Positions 52,125 to 62,223 of a DNA stretch of 64,000 nucleotides are shown one piece after another. The notes beneath the pieces are model-generated. The model was not told where the DNA came from and did not search any database. It saw only the letters and a program-made list of their open reading frames with translations. This stretch comes from Waterburya sp. (GTDB lineage: Bacteria > Cyanobacteriota > Cyanobacteriia > Cyanobacteriales > Xenococcaceae), in NCBI GenBank assembly GCA_965217895.1, contig CBDCJV010000002.1:1344001-1408000 (forward strand), in the 5' to 3' direction. The translations under genes were made by a program, and so were the position numbers. Every line of letters starts with the position of its first letter. The first letter of the stretch is position 1.

Positions 52125-52474
52125 AAAAGTTTCACGAAATAAAGTACAAATCGACTATTTGCACAATTGCCAACTGATTTGGTTTGTTCACCTAATTTAA
52201 GTATGCTGAGTGCGAATGAAACTTATCTGAATTAACTCTATAAATTTCCTAAATCTATGTATTTCAAAGTCTTATCTAAAACTCAGCGTTTTCTTAGGTA
52301 ACTGTACTTGCAACTTAACGATCTTGCCGTTGTGGTCTTGTTGCCAAAAAAAAGAAGCTTGTGCGTAGTAAAAATCTTACTGTTCACAGCTTTTTAACGG
52401 GTAGACAGCCGAGCTAAAGTTATCCCTGTAGATGTTTATCGGTGATAAGTCAAAGAATTTTAGATTATCTAATA

Positions 52475-53647
52475 TTAGCAGCACACTAAAGGCGGCATTA
52501 GACGGCAAATAACCTGTTTTAAAACCATCGCTGTCCAGTCGATATCTGCCTCAATAGTATCTTTGCCCAAGGTTAAACGGATACCTCTTTTGGCAGCGGC
52601 AGCATCGTAACCCATAGCTAATAAAATGGAACTGGGATTAAGTTTGCCACTATGACAAGCAGAACCTGCACTAATACCAATTCCTGCCATATTTAGCTGA
52701 CGCACAATTGTTTTTCCCGTCACGTCTTTGGCTTGGGCAGCAAAGCGATCGCTTAAAATCAAGCTGACATGGTGAGGCAGTCTGTATAGTCTATCGCCTG
52801 TGGTTTCTAGGCAAGGATAGTCAGCCAACAAGTCAAATAGGCGATCGCGCAATCTCTGTAAACGAAAAATTTCTACGGACATTTCTACTGCTGCTAATTC
52901 TGCTGCAATTCCTAAAGCGGCGATCGCAGGTAAAGCCTGAGTTCCCGAACGAATATTCTTTTCTTGTCCACCGCCACCCAATAAAGGTGCAAGCTGAATA
53001 CCACGACGAATATATAACGCCCCTGCACCCTGGACACCATAAATTTTATGAGAGGAAAGAGATAATAAATCTACTCCTAACTGCTCTACATCAATTGGCA
53101 AACGCCCTGCAACCTGCACTGCATCAGTATGAAACAAGCTACCATGATCTCTCGTTATTTGGGCTAATCGTTCTATCGGTTGCAGCGTACCAACTTCACT
53201 TTGTCCATGGATAATTGAGACTAAAACTGTGTTTTTTTGGAGAGAAGCCTGTAAATCTAGGGGATTGACTCTACCGTATTGGTTAACGGGCAATCTTGTT
53301 ATCTGCCAACCCCATTTTTCTAAAAGCTTGGCAGGTTCGTTAATTGCTGAATGCTCAACGCTAGAAATTATTAGATGCTGGGGAGTAGAATATTGTCTAG
53401 CAACTCCTAAGATAGCTAAATTATCTGCTTCTGTTCCTCCAGAGGTAAAAACAATCGATTCTGGATAAAGAGCATTCAGTAAGCTAGCTACCTGTAATCT
53501 AGCTGTTTCGATAACTGTGGCTGCTCTTTGTCCCCAATTATGCAGACTCGAAGGATTACCCCATTGCTGCTGCAATACAGTTTGGGCTAGGGCGATCGCT
53601 TCTGGACGCGGTTTAGTTGTCGCGCTGTTGTCTAAATAAATCTGCAT
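52475..53647 (-). CDS. Cysteine desulfurase (IscS/NifS class V PLP enzyme)
   Basis: IYLDNSATT, GNPSS.H, FTSGGTEADN, HTDAVQ, SSHKIYG, SAGSAC. Confidence 0.93.
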   Translation of the reverse strand: MQIYLDNSATTKPRPEAIALAQTVLQQQWGNPSSLHNWGQRAATVIETARLQVASLLNALYPESIVFTSGGTEADNLAILGVARQYSTPQHLIISSVEHSAINEPAKLLEKWGWQITRLPVNQYGRVNPLDLQASLQKNTVLVSIIHGQSEVGTLQPIERLAQITRDHGSLFHTDAVQVAGRLPIDVEQLGVDLLSLSSHKIYGVQGAGALYIRRGIQLAPLLGGGGQEKNIRSGTQALPAIAALGIAAELAAVEMSVEIFRLQRLRDRLFDLLADYPCLETTGDRLYRLPHHVSLILSDRFAAQAKDVTGKTIVRQLNMAGIGISAGSACHSGKLNPSSILLAMGYDAAAAKRGIRLTLGKDTIEADIDWTAMVLKQVICRLMPPLVCC

Positions 53648-53941
53648 ACGGTTATAGTCTTTATCTTTAAATCTACTCTTAATTTTGCTGAGTTATGCTG
53701 CCTAATTTGTCAGCTCAATCTTATTTTCTCTTGTCAAGGCGATTTTACACTACTCACTCAGATATATTTTTATGCTAAATTCTCTTGGCGTAGGTCACTT
53801 GGCTGTTTAGTAGGTAGTAGGTAATTTTCTTTGACTACAAACTACGAACGACTAACTACAAACTCAATGTTTAAGATGCTTTTTCCAATCGGATTTAGTT
53901 TTAGAGCATCAAGCAGGGTTAATATTTATTTTTGTAAAAGA

Positions 53942-54802
53942 TTATCTAAATAAAACAACAGGTATACGGGAACTGCGAAGCATTTGAGCCGTAGTGCTAC
54001 CAATAACCAAATGACGAATACGACTATGACCATAAGCACCCATTAAGAGAAAATTAATATTTTTCTGGGCGATATACTTTTCCATTTCTGGTTCTGGGTT
54101 GCCCTGTAGCACTTCACATATAGGATTAAATCCCACTGTCTTAACTACTTCTGAGGCAGTCAACAAGTGTTTTCTGGCGGTTTCTTGGTCGCGCTTGGTC
54201 ACACAGACTATATGTAATTCTAAGTCGCTAAACTCAGACATTTCAGCCAAATAATCTAAAGCTTTTTGACAGCTTTGACCTCCATCGTAAGCTAATAAAA
54301 TGCGCTTAATTGGTTTAAATTCTTTAGGAGTAACTAAGCAGGGTTTATGGCTGGCGCGCACAATACGTTCCATGTTTGCGCCTAAGTGTTCGCTGGCAAA
54401 GTTAGCGTTTTCTCCCCGCTTGCCTAAAATAATTAAATCACTATCAGTTTCTAGCTTGTGGAATAAATCAACCAAAAAACCTGTTTCGTGAGTCAGTTTA
54501 ACCTCATCAATATGGCGATCGCTAAAAAACTGCTTGGCTTCTTCGAGGATAATTTTCGCTCTTTGATGGTTAATCTTAGCTCTAGCTGATTCTAGCTCTA
54601 CCAACTCACTTAAAAGCTGCTGATAGGAATCAACGCCGATACTACCAGAGAAATCGGCAGCCTGAGTCGCCTGTTCTCCACGGCGGTCGGTTACATATAG
54701 GATTTCAATAGCAAATGGCTTGCGTTTTGCCAGCCATGCTGCATACTCATAGCTTACTTGAGAATACGCAGAACCATCGGTGCATAAAAGAATTTTTTTC
54801 AT
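53942..54802 (-). CDS. Universal stress protein (tandem USP domains)
   Basis: MKKILLCTDGS, DLIILGKRG, LG.N.ERIVR, ILLAYDG, MGAYGHSRIR.L.IGSTT. Confidence 0.92.
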   Translation of the reverse strand: MKKILLCTDGSAYSQVSYEYAAWLAKRKPFAIEILYVTDRRGEQATQAADFSGSIGVDSYQQLLSELVELESARAKINHQRAKIILEEAKQFFSDRHIDEVKLTHETGFLVDLFHKLETDSDLIILGKRGENANFASEHLGANMERIVRASHKPCLVTPKEFKPIKRILLAYDGGQSCQKALDYLAEMSEFSDLELHIVCVTKRDQETARKHLLTASEVVKTVGFNPICEVLQGNPEPEMEKYIAQKNINFLLMGAYGHSRIRHLVIGSTTAQMLRSSRIPVVLFR

Positions 54803-55032
54803 GTCGCACTTCGCTTTTAGTTTACCCAACTTTGTACCTTAAAAAGAGTAGTAGACCGTCACTTACTACTTGATTAATAAAACCCATGATTTAAGCTAGA
54901 GTCACTACTATTCTCGGTTCTCATCAACTCAAATAATCTTTCTCAGCACATATTATTCCGTATTATGCCAGGAAAAGTTAAAAAACAGCGGAAAAAACCA
55001 GAATAGATTACCCAAAAAAGTGGCTTAATCAT

Positions 55033-55074
55033 AATGCTCTGGTCGCGATAGAAATTCATCGCGACCAGAGCATT
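55033..55074. repeat. Perfect 17-bp inverted repeat between divergent genes
   Basis: aatgctctggtcgcgat-agaaattc-atcgcgaccagagcatt. Confidence 0.85.
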
Positions 55075-55181
55075 CAATTTATAGAATTTTGAGCGTTTCT
55101 ATTAAAAGGGAGCAAATCACAACTGATTGATAGTTGGGCAATTTAAACTTGAAATAACATTTTTACAGCATCAAATATAAG

Positions 55182-55916
55182 ATGAATTTTTCTAACTTAC
55201 AGCTACATTTTTTATCTAAAGTCTTGTCCCCAACGGGAGTAATCTTATTAGATGTAGAAAACTTTCCATTCAAATTGGATTTAGCACAAAATCTCAAGTC
55301 ACATTGCCAATATCCCGTAACAATCAAATTTGCAGTAGCAAATTGGTTTAACAGTAGTATTGCCAAACTAGACAAATATTTGCATCAGCAAGGATACCAA
55401 TTAATCCATGTACCTAAAGAAAAAAATGCTGCTGATGCGCAAATTCTTACTCTAGGAAGTTCTTTACTATTACAGTATCCTCAAGTAAAAGAGGTAACTG
55501 TAGTTTCTCACGACTCAATTTTTAATTGTTTACATCAAACTTTACAAAGGCAAGGATGTAATACTTACAAAGTTTATCAGCATTCAGGAAATATTTATAT
55601 ACATGATTTTGCTAATAATCGTGCCTCAGTAATGTCTACAATTTCTAATTCTCAGCAAGAGCAAAATATTGGACATTCAATTCAAAATAAAATTGTCTTA
55701 ACTCTAAATAAGCTTACAGATGAATTAAAAGAGCCAGTCACTTTGACACAACTTTCTCAGCAATTTAAAAACGACTACCAACAATCTATCTCAGAAGTTC
55801 TCAAAAAGAATAAACTTTCCAAATCTGCATTGAGTTTTATCAAACAAAGTTGTGCAGATACAATTAATATCAAGCAAAAAAATCAAACACACTATCTTTT
55901 ACTAAAAAGCAAATAG
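55182..55916 (+). CDS. NYN (LabA/DUF88, PIN-like) domain protein with probable C-terminal LOTUS/HTH domain
   Basis: LLDVEN, A.ANW, G..LIHVP..KNAAD..I, VVS.D motifs; helical C-terminal domain (LTQLSQQFK..Y). Confidence 0.75.
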   Translation: MNFSNLQLHFLSKVLSPTGVILLDVENFPFKLDLAQNLKSHCQYPVTIKFAVANWFNSSIAKLDKYLHQQGYQLIHVPKEKNAADAQILTLGSSLLLQYPQVKEVTVVSHDSIFNCLHQTLQRQGCNTYKVYQHSGNIYIHDFANNRASVMSTISNSQQEQNIGHSIQNKIVLTLNKLTDELKEPVTLTQLSQQFKNDYQQSISEVLKKNKLSKSALSFIKQSCADTINIKQKNQTHYLLLKSK

Positions 55917-56073
55917 GCTGTTCAATTTATTAAGATTTTTGCCTTCTGGCGATCGCCAGTAATACCTAAAATAAGATACGATTAAATTTATTGGGCAATT
56001 CTCAATGTTCTCTCTTCGATTATAATACCGACTACAATATCATCCATAATCAAAACTGGTTAAGGAGTAGTCA

Positions 56074-57795
56074 GTGATCGCCAAAAAGTTTATTTTTCAA
56101 TTTTGCTTATTTTTAGGTTTAGCAATTGCAGTTACTACCTGTAGTAGTCCTCCAGATTCATCTGACAGTCAGCAAAGCAGCACTCTCAAATTACTTTACT
56201 GGCAAGCACCCACTATTCTTAATCCCCATCTCTCCACAGGGTTTAAAGATACAGAAGCTAGTCGCATTACCCTTGAGCCTTTAGCCAGTTTTAACAACAA
56301 GGGCAGCTTGATTCCTTTTTTAGCTGCTGAGATACCTAGTACAAAAAATGGCGGAGTGGCTGCTGATGGCAAGTCTGTTACCTGGAAACTTAAACAGAAT
56401 ATTAAATGGTCAGATGGTCAACCTTTTACTGCTCAGGATGTAGTTTTTACCTATCAATTTCTTAGTAACCCCAAGGTTGGGGCAGTCACTTCTGGTACTT
56501 ATGATCTGGTACAAAGTGTCGAAGCAGTTGACGACTACACGGTTAAAGTAAACTTCAAGGAAGTGAATCCCGCTTGGTCACAAGCTTTTGTTGGTGGAGA
56601 AGGGATGATCTTACCTAAGCATATTTATCAAGCTTACAATGGTGCAAACGCCAGGGAAGCACCAGCCAATCTTAAGCCTGTTGGTACAGGTGCTTATCGC
56701 GTTGTAGACTTTCGACCAGGGGATACGGTGATTTATGAACCTAATCCTGAATTTCGACAGGTAAATCGGCTAGGCTTTAAGAAAATTGAGCTTAAAGGTG
56801 GTGGTGATGCCACATCCGCAGCAAGGGCTGTACTGCAAACAGGTGATGCAGATTTTGCCTATAATCTCCAGGTTGAAGCCCCTATACTAAAAGAACTTGA
56901 AGCAGCAAAACAAGGGGTAGTAGTCTCTAACTATGGCGCGCTGATGGAACGAATTGTAATTAACCACAGCGATCCTAATAAAGTAGCTCCATCGGGAGAA
57001 CGTTCAAGCATCAAGTTTCCCCATCCCTTTTTAAGCGATCGCCACGTTCGTCAAGCTTTAAACTTAGCCACAGACAGAGATATTATTGCCGAACAGCTAT
57101 ATGGCGTTACGGGGAAAGCCACTCCTAACTTTTTAGTCGCCCCACCAGAATATGCTTCAGCTAATACCAGTTATGAATATAATCCAGCAAAAGCTAAAGA
57201 ACTATTAGACCAAGCAGGCTGGAAAGATACCAATGGTAACGGCATCCGTGATAAAAATGGTACTGAGATGCAGATGGTGTTCCAAACTTCGGTCAATCCT
57301 CTGCGTCAAAAAACGCAAACGGTAGTCAAGCAGGGTTTACAGTCTATCGGCGTAGGAGTCGAGCTAAAAAGCATCGATCCCAGCGTCTATTTTTCTAGCG
57401 ATGCTAGCAATAATGACACGGTAGAGCATTTTTATGCCGATCTACAAATGTATACCACGGGCAATACTAGTCCCGATCCTGGTGCTTATATGAACTTTAT
57501 GACCTGCAAACAAATTCCTCAAAAAGCTAACAACTGGTCAGGAGACAACAATTCTCGCTACTGTAACCCTGAATACGATCGCCTGTGGCAAGAAGCCAGT
57601 CAAGAGCTAGATCTTCAAAAGCGTACTCAATTGTTTATTGCCATGAATGATCTGTTGATTAAAGATGTAGCAGTTATTCCCTTGGTTCATCGGGCTGATG
57701 TTGCTGCCTTTAGTAATAGTCTGACTGGCTATCAATTGACCGCCTGGGATATGCGAACTTGGGACATCATGAACTGGAAAAGGAAAGAACAGTAA
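56074..57795 (+). CDS. Peptide ABC transporter substrate-binding lipoprotein (family 5)
   Basis: Lipobox-like TTC, WQAPT.LNPHLS.G.KD, WSDG.PFTA.DV.FT, PVGTG.Y, VRQAL..A.DR. Confidence 0.92.
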   Translation: MIAKKFIFQFCLFLGLAIAVTTCSSPPDSSDSQQSSTLKLLYWQAPTILNPHLSTGFKDTEASRITLEPLASFNNKGSLIPFLAAEIPSTKNGGVAADGKSVTWKLKQNIKWSDGQPFTAQDVVFTYQFLSNPKVGAVTSGTYDLVQSVEAVDDYTVKVNFKEVNPAWSQAFVGGEGMILPKHIYQAYNGANAREAPANLKPVGTGAYRVVDFRPGDTVIYEPNPEFRQVNRLGFKKIELKGGGDATSAARAVLQTGDADFAYNLQVEAPILKELEAAKQGVVVSNYGALMERIVINHSDPNKVAPSGERSSIKFPHPFLSDRHVRQALNLATDRDIIAEQLYGVTGKATPNFLVAPPEYASANTSYEYNPAKAKELLDQAGWKDTNGNGIRDKNGTEMQMVFQTSVNPLRQKTQTVVKQGLQSIGVGVELKSIDPSVYFSSDASNNDTVEHFYADLQMYTTGNTSPDPGAYMNFMTCKQIPQKANNWSGDNNSRYCNPEYDRLWQEASQELDLQKRTQLFIAMNDLLIKDVAVIPLVHRADVAAFSNSLTGYQLTAWDMRTWDIMNWKRKEQ

Positions 57796-57798
57796 TCA

Positions 57799-57948
57799 AT
57801 GCAGCGTTACCTTGAAATTTTACGTTTATTTAATCAGCTTATATTATGGGTTTTAGCTTATTCCAAACTCACGTTACTTAATCGAGTTAATGCCAAAATT
57901 AAAACTGCTGTGAAATTTAGCTACACTGACGGCTATGGCGTAATTTAA
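57799..57948 (+). pseudogene. Probable 5' stub of an ABC permease, containing an IS982-type end at 57857-57876
   Basis: MQRYLEILRLF starts 3 nt after the binding-protein stop, then loses permease character; cttattccaaactcacgtta resembles the other IS982-type ends. Confidence 0.45.
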
Positions 57949-57966
57949 CTAACTTTTTTAAAGACT

Positions 57967-59067
57967 ATGCAACAAATACTAAGTATTTTTAGTTTAATTC
58001 CTGGTTATTTAATAATTTTGGCAATTTTTCTGGTAATACTGCCTACTATTTTGGCAATATTATTACGTTATGCTTTGTACCGACATTTAAAGCATTTAGC
58101 AGGGAGAAGTCGGCAACTATTAGGAGGAATGAAGTTAGAATCCACTCCTAAAATTATTAGCAAATTAGAACAGAGATTTGTAGATAGTAATCTTAATCCC
58201 GACCAAATTAATACAGCTTCAGTAATTGAAGGAATCTATAGCCAGGAAAAATTTTATTTTTTGGGTATGTCTTTAGGATGCGAGTTTATTGATAGTTTGT
58301 GCCGTATTCTACCCAATTTACTGCTGTCCTTTGGACTATTAGGAACTTTTTTAGGTATTACATTTAACTTATCTAGTTTAAGTCAGACAATTACCCAGAT
58401 TAATATTAATGATGTAAGAAACTTGGTCGAACAATTAAACCAGCCTTTACAGGGTATGGGGGTAGCATTTACTACCAGTTTAATTGCGATCGCCTGTAGT
58501 TCTCTTTTGACAGTTTTAAATTTACTCTGGAATACCAATATTGTTAAAGCAGGTTTACTCAGCCATCTCGAAGACTACATCGACAATATCTATTTACCCA
58601 CAATACAGCCTGTAAGTTCTTTAGAAGAAGCGATCTCTCAATTTAGACAAGACTTTGATGGCATGGTGCATAAATTAGGAGACACAATTGAAGCATCCAT
58701 GACGAGAGCTTTTGTCCGCATCGAAAATAGCGCAGCCACCTTTGAACACGCAGCCAACACTTTTGATAATAGTCGCTTTCCTGAAAAACTTGATTCAGCT
58801 ACCAATAATCTGGCGATCGCTCAAAATCAATTTTCTCAATCTTCTCTGGTATTGCAAAAGTCTACTCTCTCTTTCGATCACAATTTAGACTCGATGCAAA
58901 AACTAACGAAAAAGTTCTTGGAATTAAATCAGCAGGTAAGCAATATTAATCAGCAATATTCCAGTTTGATTGACCTCAATAAGCAGAAAAATTTTATTGA
59001 GCAATCAGGTTTAAAAGAAATTCAACTAGAACTATCAAGACTAATTAATAAAATTCAAACCACATAG
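57967..59067 (+). CDS. MotA/TolQ/ExbB-superfamily membrane protein with long helical tail (ZorA-like)
   Basis: Three TM helices; LPNLLLSFGLLGTFLGI and GMGVAFTTSL motifs; roughly 170-aa heptad-rich C-terminal tail. Confidence 0.8.
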   Translation: MQQILSIFSLIPGYLIILAIFLVILPTILAILLRYALYRHLKHLAGRSRQLLGGMKLESTPKIISKLEQRFVDSNLNPDQINTASVIEGIYSQEKFYFLGMSLGCEFIDSLCRILPNLLLSFGLLGTFLGITFNLSSLSQTITQININDVRNLVEQLNQPLQGMGVAFTTSLIAIACSSLLTVLNLLWNTNIVKAGLLSHLEDYIDNIYLPTIQPVSSLEEAISQFRQDFDGMVHKLGDTIEASMTRAFVRIENSAATFEHAANTFDNSRFPEKLDSATNNLAIAQNQFSQSSLVLQKSTLSFDHNLDSMQKLTKKFLELNQQVSNINQQYSSLIDLNKQKNFIEQSGLKEIQLELSRLINKIQTT

Positions 59068-59167
59068 TACCGCTACGCGGAAGTCAGAAGTCAGAAGTCA
59101 GAAGTAATCAATCGCAAAACTTGTAAGATTTCTCGACGGTTGTTTGATTTACGCCTACGTAGAATAG
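59065..59167 (+). repeat. TAGTACCGCT-capped element with (GAAGTCA)n heptamers
   Basis: tagtaccgctacgcg-gaagtcagaagtcagaagtcagaagt ... atttacgcc; begins on the TAG stop of the ZorA-like gene. Confidence 0.7.
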
Positions 59168-59199
59168 TAACTAATTATTAATTACTAATAACTGAATGT

Positions 59200-60057
59200 A
59201 TGAATAAAAAACGGAAAATACGTAGTTATGAAGCCACAGAAAGCCTCAACGTCTGGCCTTCTTTTACAGACTTGATGGCTAATGCTTTTATGATTATTAG
59301 CCTGTTTCTTTTATTAGCTTTATTCAAGTCTTTGTTTCTCAAATATACTGCCCAAGAAACAAAGCAAAGCTTGAGTGATACTGAAAGACAGGTGCGGTTA
59401 CTTCAAAGAGAAATAGCTACTTTAGAAAATGAACTAGGAGAAAGCACTTCTAACGTGCGTCAGCTTAAAAAAGCCTCTTCCGAACTGCAAAGACTATTAC
59501 TCAGTAGCAACGAACAAAGTCGTAGTCGTGCAGATATTTTACAATCACAAATAAAGCGTTTAAAGTCTGCGCCTCCTGTGGTGGTGATTCAAGACTCTGG
59601 GGGATACCAGTTTGACTCTGGTAGTGCAAATTTACCTCAAGAATTAAAAAGCTACATCACCAAAGATCTTGTCAATCGCATTGAAAAAATTAGTCAACAG
59701 CGCAACCTCTACGTTGTTGAAATTATTGGGCATACCGATGGTCAAGTAAACTTTGGTGGGGGTAATTTAGATCAGCAGCTAGAAAAAGTAGCTCAGGGAA
59801 AAGAGCCTGTAGACAGTCTTAAACCTGGATCTAATGCCGATCTAGGCTTGATGCGCGCCCTAGAGGTGGTTAAAGAGCTACAAACGGTACAAGAGCAAAC
59901 AGGAAAACTTAAAGGAGTCCAGTTTCGCGCTTATTCAGCAGCACAAATACAGCTTCCCAATGGGGATTTTGCCCAAGTCAATCGGCAAGGCGATCCTAAC
60001 CGCCGTAGAATTGAAATTCGCTTTTCTCCACTAGGAAAAGCAGAAACTGTTCGGTAA
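59200..60057 (+). CDS. MotB/OmpA-like protein (ZorB-like)
   Basis: VWPSFTDLM TM helix with the conserved Asp; coiled coil; F.SGSA.L, IIGHTDG, N..LG..RA..V and NRRIEIRF peptidoglycan-binding motifs. Confidence 0.85.
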   Translation: MNKKRKIRSYEATESLNVWPSFTDLMANAFMIISLFLLLALFKSLFLKYTAQETKQSLSDTERQVRLLQREIATLENELGESTSNVRQLKKASSELQRLLLSSNEQSRSRADILQSQIKRLKSAPPVVVIQDSGGYQFDSGSANLPQELKSYITKDLVNRIEKISQQRNLYVVEIIGHTDGQVNFGGGNLDQQLEKVAQGKEPVDSLKPGSNADLGLMRALEVVKELQTVQEQTGKLKGVQFRAYSAAQIQLPNGDFAQVNRQGDPNRRRIEIRFSPLGKAETVR

Positions 60058-60132
60058 ATTTTTTAGTTAAACTAGGATAATTTAGAGAAGCAAAAAGCCT
60101 GAGTAAAACTTTTATCTCTTATCTCTTTAAAG

Positions 60133-62043
60133 ATGCTCGATCCTAAAATTCCTGCTGGTAGACTACAAGACAAATGGGACAATTATAAAGATCACTGCAA
60201 GTTAGTTAGTCCTGCTAATAAAAAAAAGCATACGATTTTAATTATCGGCACAGGTTTGGCGGGTGCATCGGCTGCTGCTACCCTGGCGGAATTGGGTTAT
60301 AACATCAAAAGTTTTTGCATTCAAGATTCTCCTCGTCGCGCCCATAGTATAGCGGCACAAGGGGGCATTAACGGTGCCAAAAATTATCCTAATGACGGGG
60401 ATACGGTATGGCGATTGTTTTACGACACCATCAAAGGCGGTGACTATCGTTCTCGCGAAGCTAATGTGCATCGCTTGGCGCAGATTAGTAACCAGATTAT
60501 CGATCAGTGTGTGGCTCAAGGCGTTCCTTTTGCTAGAGAATACGGCGGGCTGTTAGGGAATCGTTCTTTTGGTGGGGCGCAGGTATCTCGTACCTTTTAT
60601 GCCAAAGGACAAACAGGACAGCAGTTATTGTTAGGAGCATATAGTGCCATGTCTCGTCAAATTGCCGAGGGCAAAATTGAGATGTTTTCCCGTCGAGAAA
60701 TGCTGAATTTAGTATTAGTTGAGGGGAAAGCACGAGGCATTATTGTTCGCAATTTAATTACGGGAGAAATAGAACGCTACGCAGGTGATGCAGTATTACT
60801 TTGTACTGGAGGCTACAGCAACGTCTTTTATCTTTCTACTAATGCTCGTAACTCAAACGTTACTGCTGCTTGGCGATGCTATAAACGCGGGGCTTTGTTT
60901 GCCAATCCTTGCTATACCCAGATTCATCCTACCTGCATTCCTGTATCGGGAGAATACCAGTCGAAGTTAACCTTAATGAGTGAGGGGTTGCGGAATGATG
61001 GCAGGGTATGGGTGCCAAAAATACCAGGAGATAAACGTCATCCCAGTCAAATTCCTGAAGCAGAAAGAGATTACTATTTAGAAACTAAATATCCCAGCTT
61101 TGGTAATCTTGTTCCTCGTGACGTGGCTTCACGGAATGCTAAACAGATTACAGATGAAGGCAGGGGAGTCGGAGAAACAGGACTAGCGGTATATCTAGAC
61201 TTTCGAGATGCTATTAAAAACTTGGGCAAAGAAATAATTAGCGATCGCTATGATAATCTATTCCAAATGTATCAACGCATCACGGGCGAAAATCCCTATG
61301 AAGTACCGATGCGTATTTATCCAGCCGTACACTACATTATGGGTGGCTTGTGGGTAGACTATAACTTGATGAGTTCTATTCCTGGTTTGCACGTCTTAGG
61401 AGAAGCCAATTTTTCCGATCACGGGGCAAATCGCCTGGGGGCAAGTGCTTTAATGCAGGGGTTAGCCGATGGTTATTTTGTCATTCCCTACACCTTAGGC
61501 AACTATATTGCTACCGCCGATTTACCATCTGTAGAAACTACCCACTCTGCCTTTGAGGAGGCAGAAGCTACGGTAAGGTCTAAAGTAAGTAAATTACTGA
61601 GTATTCAGGGAAATAAAACCGTGACTGAATTTCATCGCCAACTAGGTCATATTCTCTGGGACTATGTGGGAATGTCCCGCGATCGAGCAGGTTTGGAAAA
61701 AGCGATCGCCTTAATTTCCGACTTGAGACAAGAATACTGGCAAAACGTGATTATTCCTGGCGATAAGCAAACTTTCAATAAAAGCTTAGAATTTGCTGGA
61801 AGAGTTGCTGACTTTTTGGAATTGGGTGAACTCATGGCGCGGGATGCCCTGGCTAGAGAAGAATCCTGTGGCGCACATTTTCGCGTTGAATGTCAAACAG
61901 CAGAAGGCGAGGCACAACGCAATGATGAGCAGTTTGCTTATGTTGCAGCTTGGCAATACAAAGGGGACGAAAAGACTCCAGAGTTATATAAAGAACAGTT
62001 GGAGTTTGACAACGTGGAATTAACCCAACGTAGTTATAAGTAA
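60133..62043 (+). CDS. sdhA: Succinate dehydrogenase/fumarate reductase flavoprotein subunit
   Basis: [16 protein letters not shown] (covalent FAD His), [41 protein letters not shown]. Confidence 0.92.
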   Translation: MLDPKIPAGRLQDKWDNYKDHCKLVSPANKKKHTILIIGTGLAGASAAATLAELGYNIKSFCIQDSPRRAHSIAAQGGINGAKNYPNDGDTVWRLFYDTIKGGDYRSREANVHRLAQISNQIIDQCVAQGVPFAREYGGLLGNRSFGGAQVSRTFYAKGQTGQQLLLGAYSAMSRQIAEGKIEMFSRREMLNLVLVEGKARGIIVRNLITGEIERYAGDAVLLCTGGYSNVFYLSTNARNSNVTAAWRCYKRGALFANPCYTQIHPTCIPVSGEYQSKLTLMSEGLRNDGRVWVPKIPGDKRHPSQIPEAERDYYLETKYPSFGNLVPRDVASRNAKQITDEGRGVGETGLAVYLDFRDAIKNLGKEIISDRYDNLFQMYQRITGENPYEVPMRIYPAVHYIMGGLWVDYNLMSSIPGLHVLGEANFSDHGANRLGASALMQGLADGYFVIPYTLGNYIATADLPSVETTHSAFEEAEATVRSKVSKLLSIQGNKTVTEFHRQLGHILWDYVGMSRDRAGLEKAIALISDLRQEYWQNVIIPGDKQTFNKSLEFAGRVADFLELGELMARDALAREESCGAHFRVECQTAEGEAQRNDEQFAYVAAWQYKGDEKTPELYKEQLEFDNVELTQRSYK

Positions 62044-62223
62044 CGGATGTTACGCACTCATTGATCTGTGAGAATAGGGAAAAGTAATTTGAGCATTATC
62101 TGCGGACAAGTAATTGATGATCTACTTTATTGCTAATGACGTATGCGGATTTAATGATTTAAGTTTATTATCGCTACAGTAAGGTTTAATCATCATTAAA
62201 CCAAATATTTAGTTATTCTTACC

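Noticed and set aside
52290..52470. Possible gene remnant between the thioredoxin and cysteine desulfurase genes
   Set aside because: Short stop-interrupted frames with no motif I could identify.
57967..60057. Flagellar stator or complete canonical Zorya system
   Set aside because: No flagellar genes and no ZorC/D/E are seen; reported only as a ZorAB-like pair.
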